Shown here one piece after another: positions 10,220 to 19,598 of a stretch of 57,717 bases of DNA. The stretch is from the NCBI GenBank assembly GCA_050331615.1, contig JBHJGR010000284.1, positions 1 to 57,717 on the forward strand, read 5' to 3'. The DNA is from Elainellaceae cyanobacterium (GTDB lineage: Bacteria > Cyanobacteriota > Cyanobacteriia > CAKZMO01). Both the position numbers and the translations under genes were made by a program. How positions within the stretch are numbered: the first letter of the stretch is position 1; the number at the start of each line of letters is the position of its first letter. The notes below the pieces were generated by a model, which did no database searches, had not been told where the DNA came from, and saw only the letters and a program-made list of their open reading frames with translations.

Positions 10220-10765
10220 TTACGAGGTGTACTGATGCAACGGCGAGCCGCCATCTGGGATTGGGGAATCAGCCTCGCCATGTTGAGGCTCTGGGCGATC
10301 GCCCCGATTTGCCTCAGCCTGCTGCATCTGCTCCAGCGTGTCAACAAAATCGCGAATTCCTTGAAATTTTCGATAAACCGAAGCGAAGCGAATATAAGCG
10401 ACCTCGTTTAACTGCTGAAGATGATGCAGAACCAGCTCTCCAATTTCGTTACTGCTAACCTCTCGCACCGAACGCTGCTGGAGTTCGGCCTCAATCTCAT
10501 CGACCAAATTTTCCTGCTGGACCGAGGTAACGCCAGTTTTCTCGCAGGCGCGGGCAACGCCTCGGAGGAGCTTTGAGCGGTCAAATGACTCGCGATCGCC
10601 GTTGCGTTTAATCACGGTTACCGGGACAAACTCAATACGCTCGTAGGTTGTGAAGCGGCGCTTACACTCTAAGCACTCTCTACGCCTGCGTACGCTTTGC
10701 CCTGACTCGGCAGAGCGTGACTCAAGGACGCGATTATGTGGATATTGACAGAACGGACATCGCAT
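10220..10765 (-). CDS. nrdR: Transcriptional repressor NrdR
   Basis: [21 protein letters not shown] zinc ribbon, ATP-cone, [10 protein letters not shown]. Confidence 0.96.
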   Translation of the reverse strand: MRCPFCQYPHNRVLESRSAESGQSVRRRRECLECKRRFTTYERIEFVPVTVIKRNGDRESFDRSKLLRGVARACEKTGVTSVQQENLVDEIEAELQQRSVREVSSNEIGELVLHHLQQLNEVAYIRFASVYRKFQGIRDFVDTLEQMQQAEANRGDRPEPQHGEADSPIPDGGSPLHQYTS

Positions 10766-10955
10766 GACGGTGAACCCCTTCTCGGCAACAGCCACGATTG
10801 AAGCTGTAGCCAGCACAAATTAATTGGTTGCCTGTTGTCATCGGCGGCGACAGGTCTATGACAGACGACCCTAACATCTTGTCAGACTAATTTCAACTTA
10901 GCCGGCGACAAAAAAACTGAGCAGCACGTGCTCAGAAACATAGCTTACGAAAAAA

Positions 10956-11045
10956 TAAGTGCTCAAGCACAATTAGTTACATCGTGTAAGGTTATGCGCC
11001 CCTGGGCGGGGGGCGCACAACCACTAGCATTTATACCAAGGCTAG
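10956..11045. mobile_element. MITE-like element, family A
   Basis: Starts taagtgctcaagcacaat, identical to the reverse complement of 29921-29938; central tgcgcccc...ggggcgca hairpin. Right end approximate. Confidence 0.6.
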
Positions 11046-11050
11046 TTCCA

Positions 11051-11149
11051 TTAGTCCTTATTGATGCGGGGAGGTTCGCGAAAGGCGATCGCGAAAAACA
11101 GAACTCCAATCGCACCGGCTAGTACCAGAATGTATGCAACGCTTTCCAT
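11051..11149 (-). CDS. psbT: Photosystem II protein PsbT (absent from ORF track)
   Basis: Manual translation MESVAYILVLAGAIGVLFFAIAFREPPRINKD; FFAIAFREPPRI signature; downstream of psbB. Confidence 0.96.
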   Translation of the reverse strand: MESVAYILVLAGAIGVLFFAIAFREPPRINKD

Positions 11150-11211
11150 TTTGACAATTCCCCTCCTACTGACGTGTCTCTGACTATGACCAGTTTACTG
11201 ATAAACAGAAA

Positions 11212-11256
11212 GAATGGTCTAATGAGTTGCATTTCTATGGCTCATGTAGACCATTC
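11212..11256. terminator. Stem-loop between psbB and psbT
   Basis: gaatggtcta...tagaccattc perfect 10-bp arms plus inner atgag/ctcat pairing. Confidence 0.45.
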
Positions 11257-11355
11257 CTAAACTTCGGGTTCTTTTCGTTCTTGAGACTTTTCGCTCTTGA
11301 GAATAGGCGGCCTTGACTAGCCGCTTATGGCTACCAGCCTGTAGATAGCTGGCCG

Positions 11356-12888
11356 TTAAATCGGCTCCTCGCGGCGAGTCGTCTTGTCACCAACCTTCTG
11401 GAAGAAACCCCACTCAACCTGCTCCTCAGACAAATCGGGATCAATACCGGCAAATACATCTCGGAAGAGAGTACGGGAACCGTGCCAGATGTGTCCAAAG
11501 AAGAACAGTAGGGCGAAGACGGCATGACCAAAAGTAAACCAGCCCCGGGTGCTGGTACGGAATACCCCGTCAGAGCCTAGAGTTTCAGTATCAAAGTCGA
11601 AAGGTTGACCCAGCTGGGCTTTACGAGCGTATTTCTTCACCGTCGCAGCATCGGTAAACGTTTGGCCGTCCAGTTCACCACCGAAGAAGGTGGCCGTAAC
11701 GCCCATCTGCTCAAAGCTGTACTTAGACTCAGCTCGGCGGAAGGGAATGTCTGCCCGAACAATGCCGTCCTGGTCAGTGAGAACAACTGGGAAGGTTTCA
11801 AAAAAGTTGGGAAGACGGCGAACAGTCAAGAGACGTCCATCGGCGTCCCGGAATTCCGGATGACCTAGCCAATTTTGGGCGAGCCCGTCCCCATTATTCA
11901 TGGGACCAACGCGGAAAAGTCCTCCTTTAGCTGGGCTATTTCCCACGTAATCGTAGAAGGCAAGCTTCTCGGGAATGGTGCTCCAAGCTTCAGACTGGGA
12001 TAAACCGGAGGCCATCGCCGTCTGGACCCGCCGATCAATCTCCTGCTGGAAGTAGCCGCTATCCCACTGGTAGCGGGTAGGGCCATACAGCTCGATGGGG
12101 GTGGCAGCACTGCCATACCACATCGTTCCGGCGACCACAAAAGCTGCAAAGAACACTGCCGCGATGCTGCTGGAGAGCACCGTCTCAATGTTCCCCATTC
12201 GCAGAGCCTTGTATAGTCGCTCAGGGGGACGTACCGTCAGGTGAAACAACCCTGCAATAATACCGACAATTCCTGCCGCAATGTGGTGGGCCACAATCCC
12301 CCCCGGATTAAACGGGTCGAATCCTTCTGGACCCCAAGCAGGCGCAACGGGCTGAACGCTTCCCGTCAAGCCGTAGGGATCAGATACCCACATGCCGGGA
12401 CCAAACAGCCCGGTGAGGTGGAAGGCTCCGAAGCCAAAGCAAAGAAGCCCTGAAAGAAATAGATGAATACCGAACATCTTGGGCAAATCTAGAGCAGGCT
12501 CACCCGTGCGGGGATCTCTAAACAGCTCTAGATCCCAGTAAACCCAGTGCCAGCAGGCAGCCAGGAACAGCAAACCAGACAAAACAATGTGGGCAGCGGC
12601 AACACCTTCAAACGACCAAAAACCAGGATCGACGGCGGGTGCGCCGCTCAGGCTCCAGCCTCCCCAGGATTCAGTGACGCCAAGCCGCGCCATAAAAGGC
12701 ATGACAAACATACCCTGACGCCACATTGGATTTAGAACAGGGTCACTCGGATCGAAGATTGCCAGTTCGTATAGCGCCATCGAACCAGCCCATCCAGCAA
12801 CCAGAGCCGTGTGCATTAGATGTACAGAAATCAGTCGTCCGGGGTCATTCAGGACGACTGTGTGTACCCGATACCAAGGTAGTCCCAT
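11356..12888 (-). CDS. psbB: Photosystem II CP47 protein
   Basis: [19 protein letters not shown] start and full-length CP47 sequence. Confidence 0.99.
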   Translation of the reverse strand: MGLPWYRVHTVVLNDPGRLISVHLMHTALVAGWAGSMALYELAIFDPSDPVLNPMWRQGMFVMPFMARLGVTESWGGWSLSGAPAVDPGFWSFEGVAAAHIVLSGLLFLAACWHWVYWDLELFRDPRTGEPALDLPKMFGIHLFLSGLLCFGFGAFHLTGLFGPGMWVSDPYGLTGSVQPVAPAWGPEGFDPFNPGGIVAHHIAAGIVGIIAGLFHLTVRPPERLYKALRMGNIETVLSSSIAAVFFAAFVVAGTMWYGSAATPIELYGPTRYQWDSGYFQQEIDRRVQTAMASGLSQSEAWSTIPEKLAFYDYVGNSPAKGGLFRVGPMNNGDGLAQNWLGHPEFRDADGRLLTVRRLPNFFETFPVVLTDQDGIVRADIPFRRAESKYSFEQMGVTATFFGGELDGQTFTDAATVKKYARKAQLGQPFDFDTETLGSDGVFRTSTRGWFTFGHAVFALLFFFGHIWHGSRTLFRDVFAGIDPDLSEEQVEWGFFQKVGDKTTRREEPI

Positions 12889-13283
12889 CGACTACGCTCC
12901 TCCTACTAATGTTTCAACGCTTCCTCGACAACCTTTACTTATATTAAGATGCTGACGGCCAGAATTCTCAACCGAGATCGATTAAGTGAGGTCTCGATTA
13001 GAGCCTTAGCCAAGCAGCAATCCAGGCACAGCTGTCTCTCTAGCTCAAGCCAGACCGCCAAAAAAGCGCCTAGATATCGAAGATAGACAAGCTTAGACAG
13101 TTTGACAATTAGCTTGTAAAAATGAAAGTGTATTACAGAGTGTAACTAGTGTTGAACCCTATTGCAAGACTATAGATGCGGGTAGCCCAGCGGTAAAGAA
13201 TCGCTGCTTCTATAGCTCCAAAGGCGAAGAACCGATTAGAGTGGAGAATTGAGTGTAGCAACCAGGGCCAAAGGAATTATTTG

Positions 13284-13592
13284 ATGACTAACGTTAAGTT
13301 TGTTTCTGAAGAGAAAGACATCGTCGTGGCGAACGGCGCTAATTTGCGCCTGAAGGCACTCGAAAACGGCATTGACCTCTACACTTTTACAGGGAAACTG
13401 ATGAACTGCGGCGGCTACGGTCAATGCGGAACCTGTATTGTTGAAGTGGTTGAGGGGATGGAAAATCTCTCACCCCGCACGGAGGTAGAAAATCGGAAGC
13501 TGAAGAAGAAGCCGGAGACATACCGTCTTGCCTGCCAAACCACAGTTAATGGGCCAGTTGCCGTGCAGACGAAGCCTCAGGCGCGCAAGTAG
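13284..13592 (+). CDS. 2Fe-2S ferredoxin-like protein
   Basis: [11 protein letters not shown]...RLACQ; the usual neighbour of psbM. Confidence 0.92.
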   Translation: MTNVKFVSEEKDIVVANGANLRLKALENGIDLYTFTGKLMNCGGYGQCGTCIVEVVEGMENLSPRTEVENRKLKKKPETYRLACQTTVNGPVAVQTKPQARK

Positions 13593-13704
13593 CCTGACAA
13601 TGGGAAGTGGGTGGCCCAAGCAAAAGAAGCGATCGCCAGGTGTGCTTCCGGACGGGGTGCGTCCCTCGATCGCTTTATTCATGGCCAGACATTGGTAAAC
13701 CTGA

Positions 13705-13796
13705 TATAGCTCTACGCTTTCGCATTAGGCCATTCAAGAGGTGTGGAATCCCCAAGTCGGGGGTTCCGCACTCAAGCTTTAGCCCCTAGGGCTATG
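13705..13796. mobile_element. MITE-like element, family B
   Basis: Near match to the reverse complement of 18745-18838 (ctacgctttcgc.ttagg.cattcaagaggtgtggaa...gggttcc.cactcaa). Confidence 0.7.
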
Positions 13797-13939
13797 ACTA
13801 CGGTTTTTGCCGCTCTCACCGGCCGTGGGTAGCCGGAGAATTCAACTTCGGCTTTGCTCAAATGATATGATCTTAACTGTTTGGGCTGATGCCGATTTTA
13901 CTGGACTACATTCTGCTGAACGTTTAGAGGCTGGGTTTT

Positions 13940-14047
13940 ATGCAAGTTAATGATCTAGGATTTGTCGCAAGCATCCTGTTTGTTCTGGTTCCAACCGTAT
14001 TTCTCTTGATTCTTTACATTCAGACCGCTAGCCGCGAAGCAAAATAA
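13940..14047 (+). CDS. psbM: Photosystem II protein PsbM (absent from ORF track)
   Basis: Manual translation [35 protein letters not shown]. Confidence 0.96.
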   Translation: MQVNDLGFVASILFVLVPTVFLLILYIQTASREAK

Positions 14048-14183
14048 AGCATTTGCTAAGAACCTATCTGAAAACTTCGATGGCGTAATGGCCACAAGTG
14101 CCGCAATAGGGGCGCTACCTACATAGGGCTACTTTTTATAGCCCTATGTAGTGGTTTGGCGCGGCTAATTTGATGGAATAGGC

Positions 14184-14204
14184 GTAGGGTGGGCATTGCC
14201 CACC
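14184..14204 (+). repeat. REP-like short palindromic repeat
   Basis: GTAG followed by the hairpin ggtgggca-t-tgcccacc. Confidence 0.5.
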
Positions 14205-14426
14205 GGTCAGAAGTTTGACGCGATCGCCTAGTTCACTATTTTAGACTTGTCTTACCAGTAGTGATGGCTACCTATTGAATTCGGGACTTGGGGAAACTTT
14301 AGGAAAGGATCGAAATACAGCAATTCGCTAGAATTACCTCCAGGGGCATTTCTAGCGTTTTTTATTGGATGACCTGGGAGCTCTTGAAATCCATTTACCT
14401 GCCTTTACTTCTCCCGCACTACTGTC

Positions 14427-14930
14427 ATGGCCTATACACGTGCAGATAATCCAGCCGATCGCAAGCTCGGCGAACCTTCAGCAATCTGGAAGATGGGTGC
14501 GATCGCCCTTCTGCTCACTGCCCTTCTGCTGCTCAGTAGCGGGTGTGCCGACCAGGTTGGCGCTCCTGAAACGACTGGTGCAACCAGTCCGGCTGAGACG
14601 GATTCCGTGGAGACTGAGGGTGAACCTTCTGAGGCGAGTGACCCCATGCAGGGTGGAGATTCTCAGGAACTACCAGCAGAGGTGCGATCGCAGGTATTGG
14701 CGATCGCCTCCCAAGATCTAGAAGCTAGCGCAGACGCTCTCCAGGTTGCCGAAGCCAGCCGCCAAACCTGGCCCGATGGCTGCCTTGGGCTACCCAGGGA
14801 AGGTGAACTCTGTACGATGGCGCTGATCGAGGGATGGCGCATCGAGGTGATTCACGATGGCGAAACCACAACCTACCGCACCGATTTAACCGGCGGGGTC
14901 ATTCGCCAGGTTAGCAGTAACGAGCCTTAG
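14427..14930 (+). CDS. Putative lipoprotein
   Basis: Hydrophobic signal with LSSGC lipobox, acidic linker, WPDGCLGL...CTMALIEGW motif. The start may be 14493. Confidence 0.7.
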   Translation: MAYTRADNPADRKLGEPSAIWKMGAIALLLTALLLLSSGCADQVGAPETTGATSPAETDSVETEGEPSEASDPMQGGDSQELPAEVRSQVLAIASQDLEASADALQVAEASRQTWPDGCLGLPREGELCTMALIEGWRIEVIHDGETTTYRTDLTGGVIRQVSSNEP

Positions 14931-14953
14931 ACTCAGTTCCTTCTAACCCGGTG

Positions 14954-15748
14954 CTATCGCGTTCCAGGAAAGTGAGTAATCTGGGCGTAGCCACTGAAGA
15001 CGACTTGCTTACCGCGGGTTTCCAAGCGGTTAATGCGGAGCATGACGCCATCCAGGTCGAAACGGTCCATATCGACCATGTCATTCAGGATCTGAGCAAA
15101 AGCATCTGAGAGCACTTTAGCTAGCCCCTGTACGTCTTCTGGAACGTCAGTCGGATCAAATTCGGGAGCACTGAATAAAACCCGGCGGCGTTTCTCAACT
15201 GCTAGCGTGGCCAACAGTTGAACGGGCACGTTACTGCGGTTAGGCAAATCTGCCATGGCCCTTATCTTCACCCGGTTTTCTGGCAGCAGGGAAAGGCTAA
15301 CCGACTCAAAGGAGACCGGCTCACCACCGGAGATGTTAAGTAGCGTCTCTGACTCAACGTTCTGCAACCGTTTCTTAACCAATTCGGCCTCAAACGCCTG
15401 ATTGACGGCGTCTTCCGACAAGAGCACCTGGGCAACCGCCTGGGTGGGCTGCTTCAGCTTTAGCTTACCGGCCAGAATGGCGGCCACATCGATGGCGACG
15501 GCATCCGTCTCAAACGACATTTCTTCGCAGCGAAAGTCGCGACGGATGACCAGTTCTTGTCCCTTCATCTTGAAGCTGTCGATGCTTCCCTGAAGCAATT
15601 TGCTGGAGGGATAGCAGCGAACTTCCACATCGACCGACCGACTAGAGGTAAACAGGTGGCGAATGGATTGGCTAGCAACCGTATTCAGCATTCGCTCGCC
15701 CAAGTCGGTATTTGATCGATTCGTCAGGTCGGTTAGACCACCAAGCAT
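14954..15748 (-). CDS. DUF2993 (LmeA-like) family protein
   Basis: KLLQGSIDSFKM, FETDAVAID, LKQPTQAVAQV pattern. Confidence 0.7.
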   Translation of the reverse strand: MLGGLTDLTNRSNTDLGERMLNTVASQSIRHLFTSSRSVDVEVRCYPSSKLLQGSIDSFKMKGQELVIRRDFRCEEMSFETDAVAIDVAAILAGKLKLKQPTQAVAQVLLSEDAVNQAFEAELVKKRLQNVESETLLNISGGEPVSFESVSLSLLPENRVKIRAMADLPNRSNVPVQLLATLAVEKRRRVLFSAPEFDPTDVPEDVQGLAKVLSDAFAQILNDMVDMDRFDLDGVMLRINRLETRGKQVVFSGYAQITHFPGTR

Positions 15749-16274
15749 AGGCGTCCTAGAATCTCGTCTTGCTTACTTGTAACAAACCATTAAGCGATTC
15801 GACAATGGATATAGGAACTCGGTATGCACTTAATAAGAAAACTATATTTGTGTAAAATAGGCTTGCTTTTGCTAGGATTGCCTGGTACCCACCTAAAGGC
15901 AAAGCTTCTAATTTACGGCTACCTCAGCAGATCAGTTGGGCAAATCGGTACTTCCTAACCCATGCCAGGCAAGGGGGATCAAGGCAAATACGGGCAGCGG
16001 CTTCCTTGACTGCAATCTTCAAGCCAGCGGGACTAGATTGGTTCCGCGGTTAGCAGCAGAAGACCAGGTCGTTGTGAAGACAAGGGTCGCCGCAGCCGGT
16101 GAGGGAGCGGAATCTGGCCGTTTACTCTAGTCAAATTCCCGTGCTAGCAGATTGATTAAAATTTCTTATACATAAGCTGCTATATTTAAACCAATGGCGA
16201 TCGCCCTAGCCGATAACTGGAGCGATCGCCCAAAGGTTTCGTTTTCTTGAGCGTGATCCGAGGGGGCGTTAAGC

Positions 16275-16523
16275 CTACACGTCGTATTCTCGGCACTCGG
16301 CGGCGTCTGGATGTTCGTCGCAGTAAACCTGAAAGTTGTTTTTGGGCCGTGAATACCGTCTGTGGGAAATCTCTGCCTGCATCTCTTCCACGATGTCCCA
16401 AGCGGTGGCGCATTCGGTGGAGCTGGCATCTTGCTCGCAGGCACGACGAGCCTGTGCGATCGCATCCTGCAGATCTTTTTCAAGCTCTTGGAAAGTTGCC
16501 TCGCTGTAGGTTGGCGTTGTCAT
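16275..16523 (-). CDS. cp12: Calvin cycle protein CP12
   Basis: Both Cys pairs present; AWDIVEE core; YCDEHPDAAECREYDV C-terminus. Confidence 0.92.
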   Translation of the reverse strand: MTTPTYSEATFQELEKDLQDAIAQARRACEQDASSTECATAWDIVEEMQAEISHRRYSRPKNNFQVYCDEHPDAAECREYDV

Positions 16524-16698
16524 AGGAAAGCCTCCATCCAGTTCTTCAAACCTCTGAAGCCGGGTCAACTGGGCCTGCGGCTCTGAGGCACACTTTTAGC
16601 CTAACGTCGTTGTCAGGAGGTGTTAAGTGTGGGAAACCCACATGCAGGGGGAGCGTTTGTCCTAAACTAAGACCAGGCATTTCTTGGGTTAAACTGCT

Positions 16699-16809
16699 AT
16701 GTCCAAGCCTCCAAAAAACGTCATCAACGTTGACCCAGCAACCGTTGTCTTGGTTGTGACGCTCCTGATTTTTCTGCCGCTAGTCATTGCTGGCTTTCTC
16801 TTTCAGTAA
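16699..16809 (+). CDS. Candidate 36-aa single-pass membrane protein (absent from ORF track)
   Basis: MSKPPKNVINVDPATVVLVVTLLIFLPLVIAGFLFQ: basic N-terminus plus one clean transmembrane helix. Confidence 0.55.
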   Translation: MSKPPKNVINVDPATVVLVVTLLIFLPLVIAGFLFQ

Positions 16810-17341
16810 GCTTTCGCGTTAGTTTCGGGGAGGCGGGGAGATATTTAACATAGACGCGATCGCACCGGGCTACACAAACGGGAGCATCGCTTGGCATGCA
16901 ATATCCATTCTGTTCGTATAACCGAACGGCCTCTTTGAGAACCGTAGCGGTTTCTAGCCACATCTGCTGGTATCCTCGCCGGGCGGCTGCTGTCTCCAGC
17001 GTTTGCAGCAGGTAGCGCCCCAACCCCTGACCCCGCGCCTCCGGCAGGAGAAACATCTTGCGCAGCTCAACGCCCTGCGTGCCCCGCTCGGTAGGATGGA
17101 AGCCGCCGCTGCCCACAACGATACCGTGGTGCTCAACGACCCAGAATTCTCCCCCAGTGTGCCAGTAAGCCTCCTCCACCTGGATTGCATCGCGATCGGT
17201 CTGGTCGGGTTCAAAGCCCAACCCATACTCCGTCAGTACGGTGCGCACCAGTTCCTCAACGGCAGAGCGATCGCGCGGTTCCCAGGGACGGATCACAAAA
17301 TCACGGTATCGAATCGCCCTAGGGGAGAGGTTACTCGCCAT
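16784..17341 (-). CDS. GNAT-family N-acetyltransferase
   Basis: ELRKMFLLPEARGQGLG acetyl-CoA motif, LETATVLKEAVRLYE. Confidence 0.9.
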   Translation of the reverse strand: MASNLSPRAIRYRDFVIRPWEPRDRSAVEELVRTVLTEYGLGFEPDQTDRDAIQVEEAYWHTGGEFWVVEHHGIVVGSGGFHPTERGTQGVELRKMFLLPEARGQGLGRYLLQTLETAAARRGYQQMWLETATVLKEAVRLYEQNGYCMPSDAPVCVARCDRVYVKYLPASPKLTRKLTERESQQ

Positions 17342-18647
17342 GCTGCGACTCCTTTGCTTCAACCCAGCTTGCCTGAATCATCTCAAGTACCGTGTTGACA
17401 TCTTCGCCACCCACATAGTCCACCATGCCCGACCAGAAGGTGCCCGTCCCCACTGCACCGGGCATCAGGTCAGAGCCGTCAAAGCGGATAATGGCTGCAC
17501 TCGCTAAAATCTCGGCCTGGAGTCGAATAAAGTCACTGCCATAGGCGTCCAGACTGACCTGCTGATGGGGAGACACATAATTTTCCAGGCCCACCCAAAT
17601 TTCATGAGGTTCGGGGGTAGCCAGATAAGCCATTACGGCCTGGGTAGCGGGATCGGGATTAAAGGCGGCAAACACTGTCCCGGCCACCAAAATGGGTACG
17701 CCAAACTCTGGGTTAATGGCAGGCAGCAGAAATATACTGACATCCTCGCCCACGGCTACATCCTCTGGAAAGAAGGAAGTAATGAAATTGGTCTGGCGAT
17801 GCAGATAGCACCCTGGCGGATCGCTGAACAGGGGTTGGGGCGCATCCCCAAACGGGGTGCTAATGACTCCCACCGGGCCGCCCAAGACGTAATCGGGATT
17901 TTTGGCGATCGCCCCAAACGCCTCAACCGCCGCCTTGACCTCGGGCGCATTGAAGGGAATTTCGTGGCTGACCCACTGATCATATAGATCTGGCCCTGAC
18001 TGCCGCAGCAGCATATCCTCTACCCAGTCGGTGCCCACCCATCCCGTTGCTGCGCCGCTCTCCATTCCTAGGCACCAGGGTATGCCGCCATCGGCCACAA
18101 TTTGGTCCGATAGGGCCATCAGGTCGTCCCAAGTAGCGGGAACTTCGTATCCTCGAGCCGCAAATACATCAGGGCGATACCACACTAGGCTTTTGATATC
18201 GGCCCGCGCCCAGAGGCCGTAGATGCTGCCATCAACGGTGGCTAGGTCTCGCCAGTCATTGGCATAGGCGGCTGATAGTTCCTTGGGATCGAGAAAAGTT
18301 TCTAGGGGAACCAGGTGCTGCTCACGGGCAAATTCGGCCATTAGACCGGGTTGGGGAAAGAGCGCAATATCAGGGGGATTGCCGCCGTCGACTCGCACGG
18401 GCAGTACAGTGGCGAACGCATCAGTCCCTTCGTAAACAATTTCGATCCCCGTTGCCTCGGTAAAGGGAGCAAAAACCTGCTCAATTTTGGCCTGCCCCTC
18501 ACCTGTGATTGACCCGAGGATAGTGACGACCTGATCCCCGGCCTCATTGGCGGCATTATTGGGGCGATCGCACGCCCCCAAAACCAGGCCCAATCCAATC
18601 AGCCCAAAATAAATTTGACGGCGCACAGCGGGAATCAAAATCGTCAC
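17331..18647 (-). CDS. Sugar ABC transporter substrate-binding lipoprotein (GgtB/AglE-like)
   Basis: LGAC lipobox, PPDIALFPQPG, KSLVWY, WCLGMESGAATGWVGTDWVED, RFDGSDLMPGAVG. Confidence 0.88.
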   Translation of the reverse strand: MTILIPAVRRQIYFGLIGLGLVLGACDRPNNAANEAGDQVVTILGSITGEGQAKIEQVFAPFTEATGIEIVYEGTDAFATVLPVRVDGGNPPDIALFPQPGLMAEFAREQHLVPLETFLDPKELSAAYANDWRDLATVDGSIYGLWARADIKSLVWYRPDVFAARGYEVPATWDDLMALSDQIVADGGIPWCLGMESGAATGWVGTDWVEDMLLRQSGPDLYDQWVSHEIPFNAPEVKAAVEAFGAIAKNPDYVLGGPVGVISTPFGDAPQPLFSDPPGCYLHRQTNFITSFFPEDVAVGEDVSIFLLPAINPEFGVPILVAGTVFAAFNPDPATQAVMAYLATPEPHEIWVGLENYVSPHQQVSLDAYGSDFIRLQAEILASAAIIRFDGSDLMPGAVGTGTFWSGMVDYVGGEDVNTVLEMIQASWVEAKESQHGE

Positions 18648-18744
18648 AGGCGGCAGCGTAGAAAATGAGTACTTAAACCAGTTGATCCTAAGCTACCAGG
18701 CCGAGATTTCTTTCGTCGAGGGCTCTAGAGGTTGGGCGATCGCC

Positions 18745-18838
18745 TATGGCCCTACGGGCTAAGGTTTGAGTGTGGAACCCCCGCGACGCGCGGGTTCCAC
18801 ACCTCTTGAATGTCCTAACGCGAAAGCGTAGCGCCATA
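18745..18838. mobile_element. MITE-like element, family B
   Basis: TATGGC...GCCATA termini and central gtgtggaaccc...gggttccacac hairpin. Confidence 0.7.
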
Positions 18839-18842
18839 CCAC

Positions 18843-18898
18843 AGAAGCTGCTCCCAAGAAGCTGCTCCCAAGAAGCTGCTCCTAAGGAACTGCTCCCA
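18843..18898 (+). repeat. Tandem repeat, 4 x 14 bp
   Basis: agaagctgctccca twice, then agaagctgctccta and aggaactgctccca. Confidence 0.9.
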
Positions 18899-19097
18899 CT
18901 GGGGGATGGTCCTGCCGCCGGAATGGGAATACTAGTCAAAGAGTCGGAGGGCTCATCCTAAGTCAGTAAAGAAGATTGTCCAAGCTAGTTGAGATCGCTA
19001 TGGCCAAGCAGAAATTGGGGAATTTCCTAAATTTTCAGCCCCCAGCGGTACAGCTAGCCCAAGAACGCCAGCCAACCTATCCTTACAATCCATTTCT

Positions 19098-19562
19098 ATG
19101 AATTCCAGCCTCGATACCGTAATTCACAACACCGACGGACAGTATCTCGCCGACCAAGACCTCCAAGGTTTTCAGGAGTTTGCCAAGAGCTATGCCCTGC
19201 GGCGGGATACTTACCTATCGCTGCAGGAACACGCTGACACTCTCGTGCTTAGCACCCTGCGCCGGATGATGCCTGCTCATCGAGCAACCATCCAATCCCA
19301 TGGCGATAAATGCAAACGAGATATGGGGTATGTCCTCCGCTACGCAGCACTCTGCCTGCTAAAAGACGACGAAGACGGCTTTGTTGAACAACTGGTGCTG
19401 TGGATGCAAACGGTAATCGCAGCCCTGCGAAAAGAGCAGCAGACCGCAGAGTCGTACCGTATCCTACGGACAGTCATTCACGAAACTTTACCGGCGGACA
19501 GGGCAGCGCTAATCAACCACTATCTCGATGTCTTTATTGAGGCCATGATGGTGGGTGCCTAA
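19098..19562 (+). CDS. Phycobiliprotein-like (globin-fold) protein
   Basis: DGQYL near the N-terminus and KCKRDMGYVLRY, resembling the CxRD..Y.LR bilin-binding helix. Confidence 0.7.
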   Translation: MNSSLDTVIHNTDGQYLADQDLQGFQEFAKSYALRRDTYLSLQEHADTLVLSTLRRMMPAHRATIQSHGDKCKRDMGYVLRYAALCLLKDDEDGFVEQLVLWMQTVIAALRKEQQTAESYRILRTVIHETLPADRAALINHYLDVFIEAMMVGA

Positions 19563-19598
19563 GCGCAGCAGGAGGGTTCTCTGGACAACCCGGGAGAA

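Noticed and set aside
13607-13789. ORFs 13607-13789, 18688-18939, 34135-34347 and 56766-57163
   Set aside because: They are translations of MITE/repeat DNA.
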